A stretch of 43,561 nt of DNA from an uncultured Candidatus Saccharibacteria bacterium (GTDB lineage: Bacteria > Patescibacteriota > Minisyncoccia > Phycocordibacterales > GWA1-40-21), in contig CAZIID010000002.1 of NCBI GenBank assembly GCA_964539415.1, forward strand, positions 2,819 to 46,379, given 5' to 3'. A program made the position numbers and the translations under genes. Below are positions 43,290-43,561 of this stretch, one piece after another. The notes under the pieces were generated by a model. The model was not told the origin of the DNA. It did no database searches and saw nothing but the letters and a program-made list of their open reading frames with translations. Each line of letters begins with the position of its first letter. The stretch's first letter is position 1.

Positions 43290-43561
43290 CTATTCCTTAC
43301 TAAAATAATCAACAACAGCATTGATTCCCTTAAGGTTTTGTTCCCATTCTATATTTTCGTGAGTTTTAAGTTCAACAGTAATAGCTGGAATTTTTATTGA
43401 AGCAAGCCAATCAGATGCATCACCTGTTACTACATAATTATCAAAAGTTTTTGCGACTTGATAACCAGAAGCCTTTGAATATAAATTCATCAATTTAAGC
43501 GTTTCCGGTAACATTCCATTTTTACATTCTGACCCATAAACAGTATTTGATTGGCTATGCC
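43290..43561 (-). CDS. C-terminal part of an M14-family zinc carboxypeptidase (5' part outside the window)
   Basis: The frame stays open to the window edge (HSQSNTVYGSECKNGMLPE...). HS(Q/Y)S plus ...GDASDWLASIKIPAITVELK resemble the M14 third zinc ligand and substrate-binding blocks. Confidence 0.6.
   Translation of the reverse strand, partial: HSQSNTVYGSECKNGMLPETLKLMNLYSKASGYQVAKTFDNYVVTGDASDWLASIKIPAITVELKTHENIEWEQNLKGINAVVDYFSKE

Noticed and set aside
1-43561. Looked for CRISPR arrays, tRNA/rRNA genes, transposases/integrases, reverse transcriptase/DGR repeats and toxin-antitoxin pairs.
   Set aside because: I saw no regularly spaced direct repeats, no T-loop-like GGTTCGAATCC-type strings and no recognisable recombinase or RT motifs in any ORF. 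This was a search by eye, so absence should be confirmed with tRNAscan-SE, Infernal and CRISPR finders.

Overview
43.6-kb, compact, low-GC window; the coding stretches I hand-counted are about 32% GC. The gene set looks like a small-genome Patescibacteria/CPR (Parcubacteria-like) bacterium using the standard code, since TGA acts as a stop. That taxonomic call is an inference from gene content, not a search result.

The left two thirds are housekeeping genes: scpA-scpB, a PBP5-like carboxypeptidase, a reduced mraY-ftsW-murG block, gltX, an M23 peptidase, rpmA, rplI, a Ctp protease, corA, cysS, dnaB, recR, a pseudouridine synthase and a membrane-anchored Clp-type AAA+ protein.

From about 25 kb onward, accessory-looking single-gene cassettes are interspersed among the backbone genes. 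Several have visibly higher GC, their own promoter, a strong Shine-Dalgarno site and their own terminator. They include an orphan 170-aa gene, a tandem metallophosphoesterase, an HD dGTPase-like protein, a RhuM-domain/histidine-kinase fusion and small unknown ORFs. I recognised no rRNA, tRNA, CRISPR array, transposase or integrase.

I could not identify a convincing multi-gene novel system. The observations most worth following up are:
- A perfect GAAC-N4-GTTC SOS box inside the promoter of an operon made of an unknown 71-aa ORF plus lexA.
- A two-copy, roughly 70-130-nt conserved structured element. One copy sits as an in-frame, stop-free 61-codon block in the 5' part of an M48/YgjP-like gene.
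- A dispersed family of GTCATTGCGAG...GCAATCC-type palindromic repeats, including a four-unit cluster.
- An orphan RhuM-N-domain::histidine kinase fusion.
- A CxxC-x17-CxxC/RGG gene split by a 1-nt frame change.
- A split between apparently leaderless core genes and SD-led, GC-richer genes.

All family assignments come from motif recognition by eye, and none has been checked against a database.
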